Below, piece after piece: positions 49,809 through 61,238 of a stretch of DNA of 61,238 nucleotides. Location: NCBI RefSeq assembly GCF_001194135.2, contig NC_068989.1, forward strand, positions 83,529,332 through 83,590,569, read 5' to 3'. The notes below the pieces were generated by a model. The model made no database searches. It saw only the letters and a list, made by a program, of their open reading frames with translations, and was not told the DNA's origin. Source of the DNA: Octopus bimaculoides. Taxonomy: Eukaryota. How positions within the stretch are numbered: the stretch's first letter is position 1; every line of letters begins with the position of its first letter. Both the position numbers and the translations under genes were made by a program.

Positions 49809-50805
49809 TATACACACAGGCGCACCTTCATATACACACCCTGGGGGCACGCATTCGAAGTTGTGCGGAAGCATTAGCGTGTATGTGCATGCACACACAC
49901 ACACATATATATATATATGTAAACATGTTCTCATATGAATGGACAAGATGCACTCACACGCATACTTGTAGCTTTGTATACTACAATTATACACACACAG
50001 ATATCAGTGTGATACATATACAGACAAACGTATGTTCAAATACGCACACAGACAGTTACACGTTCTCACACACACACATAGATACACGCAGATGGTTACA
50101 ATACAAATTCACGTACGCGCCTTCAACGAACTACACACAGATAAATTCCTTCACACACACACACACACACACAGTGAAATATACGTACATGTTTACAAAT
50201 ATATACATACATATCTACATAAATGTATATATACAAATGCATACACAACTACAAACTACTCCCCTTCTCTTTATCAGTCTCACTACCTCCTCTTCCTCTA
50301 CCCATTCCTCACTCTTACCGTCACCCCCTCGTTGTTCCTTTGTTATGCATACCCCTCCGTTTCAAAACGTTCTCCCACTACGACTACTACCTCCTCAAGC
50401 GACGATAACACCTCCTCCCTCCCTCTCGCTGTTCGTTGTCTACCTCACTCCCCTCTCTCCTATTTCTTACTCTCAAGCTTCGGCCCCTCCTCCCGTGACT
50501 TCTGATTCGCTGCACATCGCCACTCTCCCCTCCCTCCTCTAGCCTCTCCCACTTTAGATTTCGCTTAGCGCGCGCGCACTTTCTCTCTCCTTCACTTCCC
50601 CCCTCTCTCATCACTTCTACTGCTTCTTTCTTTCCTCTCCATTCTTCTCAGTCGTTTAGCCACTCTCTCACACTTACCCTCCCTTACTCTACATTATACC
50701 AGCTCCGCAATAACTTTTTTTATCAATGATTCTTCCTCTCTTTCCTTCTTCTCCCCCTTTCACTCTCTCAAAAGTTTACATTCACCGTCATTCATTCTTT
50801 CTTTC

Positions 50806-50856
<51 letters not shown>

Positions 50857-51068
50857 GTTGTATGAGCCAAAAGAAAGAGTACTCTATATCTTTCATTTGC
50901 TCCAGTCATTGAACTGCGGCCATGCTGGAGCTTTGACTTGAGTCTAGTTGAGCAAATCGATACCAGAACACCAGTTGCCAAGGGATGGAGATAAACAAAC
51001 AAAAATACACGCACACACACAATATATATATATACGTATATGTACATACATACATACATACATACATA

Positions 51069-52050
51069 CAGAGGTTGGACAAAATAATGGAAACACCTAG
51101 CATCATAGCATCATAATTTTGAAATATCTATGAAACCGTCAAAAGCTTGTTTATTTTTATGCTTTTTTATTTATTATTAGTGTTGCTTAATATGTTTTGC
51201 TAGAATTGCTGTTTCTTTTCAGATATCATCAGAAAAAGGTAATTAAAATTCATTAAAATGACAGATCTATCGGACTTTCAAAGTGGTCAAATTGTTGGTG
51301 CTCATATGGCAGGCGCTAGCATAACGAAAACAGCCGAAATGTTTGGTGTATCAAGAAGTATTGTCTCAAGTAATGACAGCCTTTGAGAAAGAGGGGGGAA
51401 AAAACCTCCTCGTTGAAGCAAAACTCCGGAAGAAGACCAAAACTTTCAGATAGGGAACGTCGGACTCTTACGCGAATTGTTAGAAAGGATCACAAAAGCG
51501 CAGCTTCCAAAATTACTGCAGAGCTTAATGACCACCTCGAGAACCCAGTTTCCACAAGAGGGGCTGCAATCAGAAAATTACTTCTTTCAAAAAGCAAACG
51601 TTGCAAAGCGTTTAGAGTGGAGTAAGAACCTACAGAATTGGTCCCTAGAGCAGTGGAAGAATGTTATTTTCTCGGATGAGTCATCCTTTACCTTATTTCC
51701 GACCACCGGCCGAGTATACGTGTGGAGACAGCCAAAAGCATTTGACCAGACTGCCTTCTTCCAACCGTTGAACGCAGAGGAGGATCTGTGATGATCTGAG
51801 GGGCTATATCTTGGAAATACGCCGGCCCAATGGTTTCCCTTCATGGCAGAATTAATAGTCAAGACTATTTAAGCATTTTATCTGATCAAATTCATCCTAT
51901 GTTTGCGGTACCGTTTCCAGGAGGAAACGCAATCTTTCATGATGCTAATGCACCAATTCACACAGCTAAAGTTGTTACTGAATGGCACGAGTAACATTCT
52001 AGTGAAGTTGAACATCTTATCTGGCCACCACCGTTCCCAGATCTCAATAT
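51069..52050 (+). mobile_element. Tc1-family transposon, 3'-truncated, with a frameshifted transposase pseudogene
   Basis: TA followed by the left TIR CAGAGGTTGGACAAAATAATGGAAACACC; ATG at 51258. With frameshifts: MTDLSDFQSGQIVGA..GRRPKLSDRERRTL..WKNVIFSDESSF..GGSVMI(W)GAI..FHDANAPIH..WPPPFPDLNI. The catalytic E and the right TIR are missing. Confidence 0.92.
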
Positions 52051-52159
52051 TTACGGTGCATTTTAGACTCCTTACAAATAATTTTGGTCCGAATACATAC
52101 ACACTCAGTGTAACCATAAGTTAAATGATCCGTTACACTTGGATGGACGATTAATTTTA

Positions 52160-52333
52160 CCATGCGTGGCTGTGTGGTAAGAAGTTTGACTCTTAACAAC
52201 ATAGTTTTGGGCTCTGTCCCACTGCATGGCATCTTGGACGAGTGCCGTCTACTGTAGCTCCTGGATGGCCAAAGCTTTGTGAAGGAGTTGGTTGACGGAA
52301 GCCGAAAAGCCTATCGCGCATGTATGTATGCAC

Positions 52334-52378
<45 letters not shown>

Positions 52379-52590
52379 TGTGTGCGTCTGTGCCCGTACC
52401 ACCACCACCGCTTGACAAGCGATGTTGGTTTGTTTACAACACCGTAGGTAGCGGTTCGGCAAAAAGAAACCGATAAAATAAGTATCAGACTTCAACAAAA
52501 AGTACTGGGGCCCATTTGTTCGACTAAATCTTTCAAAGTAGTGCTCTAGCATGGCCGCCGTCTAATGACTCAAACAAGAGAAATAAAAGA
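52160..52590 (+). mobile_element. Full-length diverged S1 SINE
   Basis: GCGTGGCTGTGTGGTAAG..(TG)n..CCGCTTGACAAGCGATGTTGG..CTCTAGCATGGCCG. Confidence 0.8.
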
Positions 52591-52798
52591 CAGACAGACA
52601 GATAGATATTAATTAGCATACTCCTCTAAATACACAATATGCATATATATATGATTGTAGATACATACTGAAATAGACGCGAAAACATGCGGATACATGT
52701 ACATACATCTCACACGTTACTGAAAATTGAAAACAGACATTCGTTCATACACGCACGAACAGAGAGAGAGAGAGAGAAAGAGATATAGAGATAACTGA

Positions 52799-52854
<56 letters not shown>

Positions 52855-52936
52855 ATGAGACAAGACCACACGCAGAGGTAAAAAGGATGAAATGTAAGTA
52901 GAGAGAGGATGTAAAGAGAAAGAAAGAGAGAGAAGG

Positions 52937-52976
<40 letters not shown>

Positions 52977-55900
52977 AAGGAGAAAAGAGACTAAATGAGA
53001 AATGGGGAAGGTTTAATGAAGGTATTGTGTATGCGTTTGCCGTGCAAACATACATGTGTGTGTGTGTGTGTGTACATACATACACACACACATACATACA
53101 TACTAAATATCAATCTTGAGTAACTAGGCTTCGCAAAACCAGAAAGGAGAAAGCTAATCCGAAGACTACACATCCAATCCATCACTGGAACTGTAAATAT
53201 CTGTAAAACTTTCCAGAAGTTTATCATTTAAATATATACATGAGCATGTCTAGATGCTTGNNNNNNNNNNTCATTTAAATATATATATGAGCATGTCTAG
53301 ATGCTTGAGAATACATACATAAAACATACAAATCTGCACATACATACATACATACAAACTAAAATACCCTGTTGTTGATGTAAAATTCCAATGAGGGAGC
53401 CTTGGATCTAGATTAGAAACCGATTCTTTCTCTATTGGCAAGAAATCTTGAAATAAACTGAATAATGACATACATACATACATGCGTCCATACGTACGTA
53501 CATAATACATATATTTATTCTTCATCAAGAATGATGTTGACAATGACTTGGCGGTTTCGGCCCGCTTAGCCATCGTTAGACTGCGATGCATTAGTTTTAG
53601 TTTGGTTTTAACGTACGTTCTGTCAAGTTCGAATCCTCTATCTGTTTGTGTGGGGGTTTGAATGAGGTGGTAAATAGGTTTTTAGGGGAAGATGTTTTAG
53701 AAAAAATGTTATTGATAAAATTTGGGTTTATGTCATTGTTTAGAATTTATTCATGCATGTAGATTGGAAACTAGCCAACAGGTGCCTCTTTACTGTTAGG
53801 TAGGTACAAGGTGTGACCGTATTTCCATTGGATTTAATGTTTTTGCTTTGACAATATAGCGGTCAAAGGTTCAAAGTTTAGTAGTCAAACCCTTAGTTAT
53901 TGAGTGAGTCAATTTCTCTTTCACAAAAGAATTTCGGTCATTTCTTTACTTGTTGCTATTCAAGGTATTTCTTATTTTCGTGCGCGCGCGCGCGTGTGTG
54001 TACGCATATCTAAGTATATATACACAGCTGTTAACTCATGTATGTATATATATATATATATATATATATACACGCATATGTATGCATGTATATAAATATA
54101 TATATACACNNNNNNNNNNNNNNNNNNNNNNNNNNNNNNNNNNNNNNNNNNNNNNNNNNNNNNNNNNNNNNNNNNNNNNNNNNNNNNNNNNNNNNNNNNN
54201 NNNNNNNNNNNNNNNNNNNNNNNNNNNNNNNNNNNNNNNNNNNNNNNNNNNNNNNNNNNNNNNNNNNNNNNNNNNNNNNNNNNNNNNNNNNNNNNNNNNN
54301 NNNNNNNNNNNNNNNNNNNNNNNNNNNNNNNNNNNNNNNNNNNNNNNNNNNNNNNNNNNNNNNNNNNNNNNNNNNNNNNNNNNNNNNNNNNNNNNNNNNN
54401 NNNNNNNNNNNNNNNNNNNNNNNNNNNNNNNNNNNNNNNNNNNNNNNNNNNNNNNNNNNNNNNNNNNNNNNNNNNNNNNNNNNNNNNNNNNNNNNNNNNN
54501 NNNNNNNNNNNNNNNNNNNNNNNNNNNNNNNNNNNNNNNNNNNNNNNNNNNNNNNNNNNNNNNNNNNNNNNNNNNNNNNNNNNNNNNNNNNNNNNNNNNN
54601 NNNNNNNNNNNNNNNNNNNNNNNNNNNNNNNNNNNNNNNNNNNNNNNNNNNNNNNNNNNNNNNNNNNNNNNNNNNNNNNNNNNNNNNNNNNNNNNNNNNN
54701 NNNNNNNNNNNNNNNNNNNNNNNNNNNNNNNNNNNNNNNNNCTTGGCGAAAGCCAAGGAAGGAAAGGATTAATGACCGGAAGCATGTGACCATGCTGGTG
54801 TAAAGGGAAGAGAGAGAGTGGTAGAGGGAGAAAGAGAGGGAGGAAGTAGAAGAATAGCTGAGCAACGAGAGGAAAAGAGAAAGAGAGGAAATACGAGGGG
54901 GAAAAGGAGATACGTAGTAGTAACAGAGGAAGAACAAGAGGGGTAAGGCGAGATACGTAATAGTACAGAGGAAGAACGAGGGGGGGAGAAAGGAAAGAGA
55001 AAGAGATAGAGTAGCGTCGGAGAGAGATAAAGAGAGATGTGACAGAGAGAGACAGAAAGTGTGTGTGTGTGTGTGTACATATATTTACGCATTTGTGTGT
55101 GTATATATAGAGAGAAAGATGTGCGTTTATATATATACACACACACATATACACACACACTATACATATATATATGTATATATATGCTCGTGTATACACT
55201 AACGTGTGTGTGTGCATGTGTACACACTCATGTAAACATACATGTATTAGCTTTCATTTGTGTATGCGTGTGTACATACATGCATGTGTGTGTGTGAATA
55301 TAGTTCACTGTGCCTCCATTGAAAGTGCACGAGGAAGATGCGAGAGAGAGAGAGGAAGTAACTGTTTTGTGCACCCAGCACCAACGCTTTTATGCCCCAC
55401 CTTCTTCGCCCTCCATAACATCTGATGCACAGTTTTGTAATAGCCAAGGCCACCGCCTCCATAGAGTCGACTCACTACCAAGACTGCCGCCCTCAAACTA
55501 AGCCCCCACCCCACCGTCCACATGCAGCAACACATCGCCACTATCACCTACACAAAAGTAAAGATAATGGTTGTCAGTGACAACGAGATCAGTAGACGTA
55601 AAGAGGCAAATATAGACAAATAGACACACAGATATACATATACAAACACTCACTGATGCACAAATATAAGGCTAGCCTACACACAGAGATGGCGACAGAC
55701 ATCATCAAATAGGTGAACGAAGCACCCAACAGCGCACGCACACACAGATAAAAGCAAGAATACTCGACAGACGGAGTGAGCTACGTACCTTCGGTAACTA
55801 AGCAGATAGGGTGACATAGATAGAGAGATAAATGGATAAATACATTGATAGATAGACAGATACATATATACAAATAGATGAAATTATGGGTAGGTAGGTA

Positions 55901-56099
55901 TGTAGGTGAAGGGACAGGCCAAAGAAATTTCTATGAATAAAACTAGAGTTTTACTGAATTGTGCGCCATTTCAACTTGCTTACGTACGAACACATGCGTA
56001 CAAAGCACGTGTGGGTGCGTGCAAACACATGCATACACAGCTGTTAACTCATTATGTTTTTGTAGATTTTAGCCGTTAAATATAACGAAGTGAAACAGA

Positions 56100-57250
56100 C
56101 TAAAGCTCTGAACAAATGAAATTTATTCTAAAGTGATACTGGAAATCTGAAAACGCAATCAGCATGCAAAGGCAGTTTAGGAGGGACTATCAAACAGATC
56201 TATCTACGCAACTTGCGACCTCCTTGAGTTTGAGGCAAATTTTGAAGCAGATTGAACTGTTCGAAATGTCCACAAGAAACGAGCCTGAAGATTGCAGGCA
56301 TCGACGAATATCAAGAAGCAAGAAATGCCACTAGAAATGTATTGTCAGAGTTCAAGAAAATCTTTACAGCAAACTAGTCATGCGATAGGAACTTCAAAAT
56401 GAAGCGTCCATCACATTTTGAAGCGTTCTCATTGGAAAAGTCACATTCCAAGAATAGTCCATGCTCTCATTGGAGATGATCCGAACAGAAGTGTGGAAGT
56501 TTGCGAGTGGTACTTGGCAAGCGTGTCGACAAAATACACTTTCCAACAAATATTGTTTCGAGTGACGAGGCTACATTTAAATTAAACCGTTTAATTCGCC
56601 GAACGTGAGAGTCAGCATGTTACAGAGAAGAGTCATGCTAATTTATCTTGTGTTACAGTATTGTGCGGTTTATCATCAAAAGGATTGATTAGACTATTCT
56701 TTTTTGACGGTACAACCCGTCATGGTAAGAGAGGCAACTTTAAAGAGACTACAGCTTTATGAATTATTCAGTCAACACGTTGACCGATTTGCGGTAATAG
56801 ATCGCCCGATCGAAGGAAAATAACGAATTATAAGCGCTAAGCAGTGTTTATGTATGAGCAGATTTAGGTAAGGTGAAATATGTTTGTTACATAATTCAAC
56901 TGCTAAAAGGCAAATACACTGCAGTTATCGTAGAGGGGGAAATATCTCTTACGGTAAAAAGGTATAAAAAAACACCCAGTCCGTTCAGTATCGCCATCTA
57001 TTAGGAATCTCAGACATCGATGTTTCAGGGTTCTTGGCTATTTTCGATGTGATATACCTAGTTACAAAACTGGCAACAGTTAGCGAACTGAGGGCAGCCG
57101 TCGAGCGAATTGACGAAATGCTTATTAGTGTTTGCAATTTCATTGCTTTACGTTATCTGTAGTAATCTGAAACAGAACAGCCATCAGTTTGAAAACAGGC
57201 GTTCATAAAAGAAACCTAAATTCTGTCTGTAGATTCTATTAAATTGTGAA
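56100..57250 (+). pseudogene. Heavily decayed mariner-like transposase
   Basis: Fragments include ..WKSENAISMQRQF.., [21 protein letters not shown] (56561), VTVLCGLSSKGLIRLFFFDGT and ..TVSELRAAVE..QNSHQFENRRS*. Multiple stops and frameshifts; the central catalytic part is deleted. Confidence 0.7.
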
Positions 57251-57391
57251 AAATGAAATGTATTTTAGTAAACACCGACAATCACGCATGCATGCATGCA
57301 TATACAATTTGTACTGTCGTGGTCAAAGGTTTTAAAATCAAAATTGTAATGCCCAATTACAATTTAATTCACATGTAAAGGGCAAATGGGT

Positions 57392-57726
57392 AAAGACCCT
57401 CTTCGGTCATGAATAACCATGGGATTGCACCTAGAAAGTTACCCTCCCAGGTACAAATCCGGACAAGGTTGTCTATGGACGACCAGCAGTCGCCCATGCA
57501 TACCAGCCTCCCCTCTCCACGCCACCGTTGTTATCCAAGGGAGAGGCAAAGGGGCCGATACAGCTTGGCACCAGTGACGTCACAACTCATTTCTACAGCT
57601 GAGTGAACTGAAGCAACGTGAAATAAAATGTCTCGCTCAAGAACGCAACACACAGCCCGGTCAGGGAATCGAACTCACTACCTCATGATTGTGAGCTTGA
57701 TGCTCTAACCACTGAGCCATGCACCT
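57392..57726 (-). mobile_element. Full-length S5 SINE
   Basis: Homologous to 10036-10374; tRNA-like head with a GAGTTCGATTCCC B box. Confidence 0.85.
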
Positions 57727-58353
57727 TCGATTCAAACGTATACAATTCTAATTTTCATACCTATGTTTCAAACTTTTGGCCATGACTATTGATGTGTGGA
57801 AGGAGGGGGTGGGGTGCGGGTATATATGTACGGATCCATCTCCAGTCTATTGTTATCTCGACCTCCCTTCCCATCTTTCTCTCTCTACACACAAACGCAC
57901 AATATTATTGTTAGGCACGAAACAACGGAATCAGAGTAAAAGAAAAACAAACAGGTTTACTGTCATCAACAGATTGACACACGCGCATATCGAAACCGGT
58001 ACCCACAGAGTCCTTTCTCCCCTCAACTTCTGTGCTCTTCTTCCGCACCTTTCTGTTCTTTACATGTCACTGTTCACCCTTAATATACTTATTTCCATTC
58101 AAATTCTCTGCGACTCTGTCTGCCTGTCTCTCTCTCTCTATGTCCCTCTCTCTACCTGGCTACCTGTCTGTCTGTCTCTCTCTGTCCCCCCTCTCTCTCT
58201 CTCTCTGTCCATCTGTCGCTGTCTGTCCATCTCTCTTTCTCTCTGTCTGTGTCTCTCTTTGTCTGTCTCTGTCTCTCTCTCTCTCTCTCTACTCCGAGCA
58301 AACCTTTTAGGGACTAAAGGCCAACTTTGATAAACATCTATTGAATGAAGTTC

Positions 58354-58510
58354 TGGCGCAGGCGTGGCAACAAGTTTGCTTCCCAACCACATGGTTTGGG
58401 TTTCGGTCCCGCTCATGTAGCACTTTGGGCAAGTGTATTTTACTATAAACTCGGGTCAACCAATCCTTGTAAATAGATTTGGTAGACGGAAACCGAGAGA
58501 AGCTCGTCAT
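58354..58510 (+). mobile_element. S1 SINE head
   Basis: GGCGCAGGCGTGGC..GCACTTTGGGCAAGTG..GATTTGGTAGACGGAAACC. Confidence 0.8.
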
Positions 58511-58604
58511 ATGACTGTGTGTCTGGACGCATGTGTGTGAACACGGATTTTGCAGCTTTAATAAGGGTTTATTATATATAAATATGTGTATGTGTGTAAA
58601 TAAA

Positions 58605-58703
<99 letters not shown>

Positions 58704-58904
58704 GTGTGTTTGTATTCACACACAAATATTCTATAGTTATAAACAATTATAATTAGGGGTCTGCTAATTGCTTCACCACATACCGAATTTAGAAATAGGA
58801 GTTTAAAATTCCTTTTCGAATACTGTAATAATCTCCCAGACAGTAACACACTTTTTTTATGTAGGCAAAAAAAGAAAAACAATGAATCCACACGACTCCG
58901 ATTA

Positions 58905-58962
58905 GCTACAGATGCGTTTCGAGATTAAAGTTTATTGACTTATTTTTCATCATCAGTGTAGC
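58905..58962 (-). ncRNA. Degenerate minimal type I hammerhead ribozyme (second family)
   Basis: Minus strand GCUACA-CUGAUGA-U-[stem II, 6/10 pairs]-GAAAC-GC-AUC-UGUAGC, with a perfect 6-bp stem I. GAAACGCATC is one substitution from the palindromic GAAACGCGTC. Confidence 0.55.
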
Positions 58963-59201
58963 ATTTCAAATATAAAATTTGAAAGTGCTAGGGTTAAATA
59001 TGTACACGATCAAGCGTCATCGCGCAACAGATATCCAACCAATACTTCCAAAATTTACACAGCCGAATGAGAATACATTTTTATCCTTGTACCTACGTGT
59101 AATCCCGCAGAAACTGCAGTTTTTCGATCAGGGGAGTAAATTATAATTTCAATATTAATAATAATAACAGGGTAAAATCAATTAATTCATTTATTTTACT
59201 C

Positions 59202-59232
<31 letters not shown>

Positions 59233-59495
59233 NNNNNNNNNNNNNNNNNNNNNNNNNNNNNNNNNNNNNNNNNNNNNNNNNNNNNNNNNNNNNNNNNNNN
59301 NNNNNNNNNNNNNNNNNNNNNNNNNNNNNNNNNNNNNNNNNNNNNNNNNNNNNNNNNNNNNNNNNNNNNNNNNNNNNNNNNNNNNNNNNNNNNNNNNNNN
59401 NNNNNNNNNNNNNNNNNNNNNNNNNNNNNNNNNNNNNNNNNNNNNNNNNNNNNNNNNNNNNNNNNNNNGGGGGGGGGGGCACAAACGCATACATA

Positions 59496-59532
<37 letters not shown>

Positions 59533-59541
59533 ATATTTACA

Positions 59542-59645
59542 CGACGGGCTTCTTTCAATTTCCGTCTACCAAATCCACTCACAAGGCTTTGGTAGGTGCC
59601 ACGCAATGTGACTCGACCTGGAACCATGTGGTTGGGAAGCAAGCT
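59542..59645 (-). mobile_element. S1 SINE head, partial
   Basis: ACGACGGGCTTCTTTCAATTTCCGTCTACCAAATCCACTCACAAGGC. Confidence 0.8.
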
Positions 59646-60049
59646 TCTTTATTTCATAAATATTTGCCATAAAGGCATTACAAAGAGGGGACGAACAAGG
59701 ACAGACAAACATAAAAGGGGTGAAGTAGCTGTATCGATTAAATATTTACAATTTTAAATACACAAAAATTGGATTAAATCACGCAGCCACGCCTGCGTCT
59801 ACATACATACATATATATACACACACACGCACACACACGCACACACACACACACACGCACACACACACGCACACACACACTCACGCACACACACGCACAC
59901 ACGCACACACGCACACACGCACACAACCTGTGTAAAGGATTTACTTATAGTGATCAAATATTTAAGTTGTACATTAGCTCACCCGCTCCATCAAATCGAC
60001 ATTACCTGAACAGGTGTTCGGTCTGTTATACGTCAAGGATGTCGACGTG

Positions 60050-60168
60050 ATCTCGGAGCAACGTGAAATGAAGTATTTTGCTCAACAGCACAATACACCG
60101 CTAGATCTAGAAATCGAAACCACACTCTTGAAGCCATGATGCCCAAACCACCAGACCACGCGCCTTCA
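60050..60168 (-). mobile_element. S2/S5-type SINE 5' part
   Basis: GGAGCAACGTGAAATGAAGT..TTGCTCAA..AATCGAAACC..ACCACGCGCC. Confidence 0.65.
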
Positions 60169-60606
60169 CACACACACACACAAAGCCAAGTAAAAGGCCC
60201 TAGATTGCACGGTTCTCAACATATGCTACTAAATTCCCTATTTAGTGAAGCTTAGAAATTATAAAAATCTAGTGTAAAGGGAGTTCATTTTATTGATGGC
60301 TTGTGTCCCCATTAGCATTATGGTCCAACGGGTTTTCTCTCTTATTTACCTTAAATTACTCTGATAACCATCAATTGATAATCTAACAGAACTATTCTAA
60401 AAGAATACTAATAGCACTTTAACGCTTTCAACGTCACGCTCTATTTAAGCCTTTCTCGGGAGATCATTCTGCATATTGAATACAAATATTTAGACTCAAT
60501 TATCCTTAAGGGCGCAGTGTGACATATATAGAAATGCAGGAATGTTCGACTGAATAACGATTCAGTGAACACAAACTCAGAGAGAGAGAGAGACAGACTG
60601 ACACGC

Positions 60607-60639
<33 letters not shown>

Positions 60640-61024
60640 GGCAGACAGACAGACAGAGGGGTAAGGGACCTGATGAAAAAGTATTCTCGCCATGATCATC
60701 CCGTATTTTGTTTTTACAAACACACATACCAAATGAAAACTTTATAAACACGATCCCACTTTCTCTTTTTAAATGAGGGAGACGAAGCTGTTATCTTTCG
60801 TACATCGAACTCTAACCCCACTACCCAATTCCTGGTTTATGTAATCAACGACACATTGTTCTTTAACCCTAGGTCTGCCATGATTGATAAGGTCTAGAGT
60901 ATAAGGAATACCAACTGAGGCCATCCCGCCTTTTTTCTTCTGGATAATGAACGAAAACGACATGTATGTACACAAATATATACACATGTGTGTATATAAA
61001 CACACACAGAAGGACATATATATA

Positions 61025-61200
61025 ATTCTTTATTGCCCACAAGGGGCTAAACATAGAGGGGACAAACAAGGACAGACAAAGGGATTAAGTCGATTACATC
61101 GACCCCAGTGTGAAACTGGTACTTATTTAATCGACCCCGAAAGGATGAAAGGCAAAGTCGACCTCGGCGGAATTTGAACTCAGAACGTAGCGGCAGACGA
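61025..61200 (-). mobile_element. Young S6 SINE with tail type A
   Basis: Near-identical to 17830-18010. Confidence 0.9.
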
Positions 61201-61207
61201 GGGACAG

Positions 61208-61238
<31 letters not shown>

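Noticed and set aside
53224-53307. 37-bp direct repeat across a 10-N gap (similar cases at 15361 and 32847)
   Set aside because: Typical unmerged contig overlap or allelic duplication; treated as an assembly artefact.
54020-56051. Shared 20-mer ATACACAGCTGTTAACTCAT at ~54020 and ~56033
   Set aside because: Direct orientation, embedded in microsatellite, and no matching opposite end; cannot be assigned as a TIR or TSD.

Overview
AT-rich, microsatellite-saturated animal genomic DNA with many N gaps. The SINE families look cephalopod, most likely Octopus (inference from recalled repeat sequences, not a database search). One host coding exon is supported: the first coding exon (38194-38732, minus strand) of an SLC1/EAAT glutamate transporter, with a strong Kozak context and a GTCAGT donor. 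No downstream exon was found in the ~38 kb 3' of it. The rest is repeat: at least six modular tRNA-derived SINE families (my working labels S1-S6), decayed Tc1/mariner elements and MITEs, a LINE RT scrap, foldbacks, and micro/minisatellites. The most striking structure is a ~450-bp palindrome at 7501-7947. It is built from two divergent units, each a tRNA-like Pol III head, a triplet spacer and a minimal type I hammerhead ribozyme of the Penelope/retrozyme kind; one ribozyme core is intact and one carries G8A. More degenerate hammerhead motifs lie at 58905-58962 and 36055-36095. Many coordinates were counted by hand; repeat ends are approximate.
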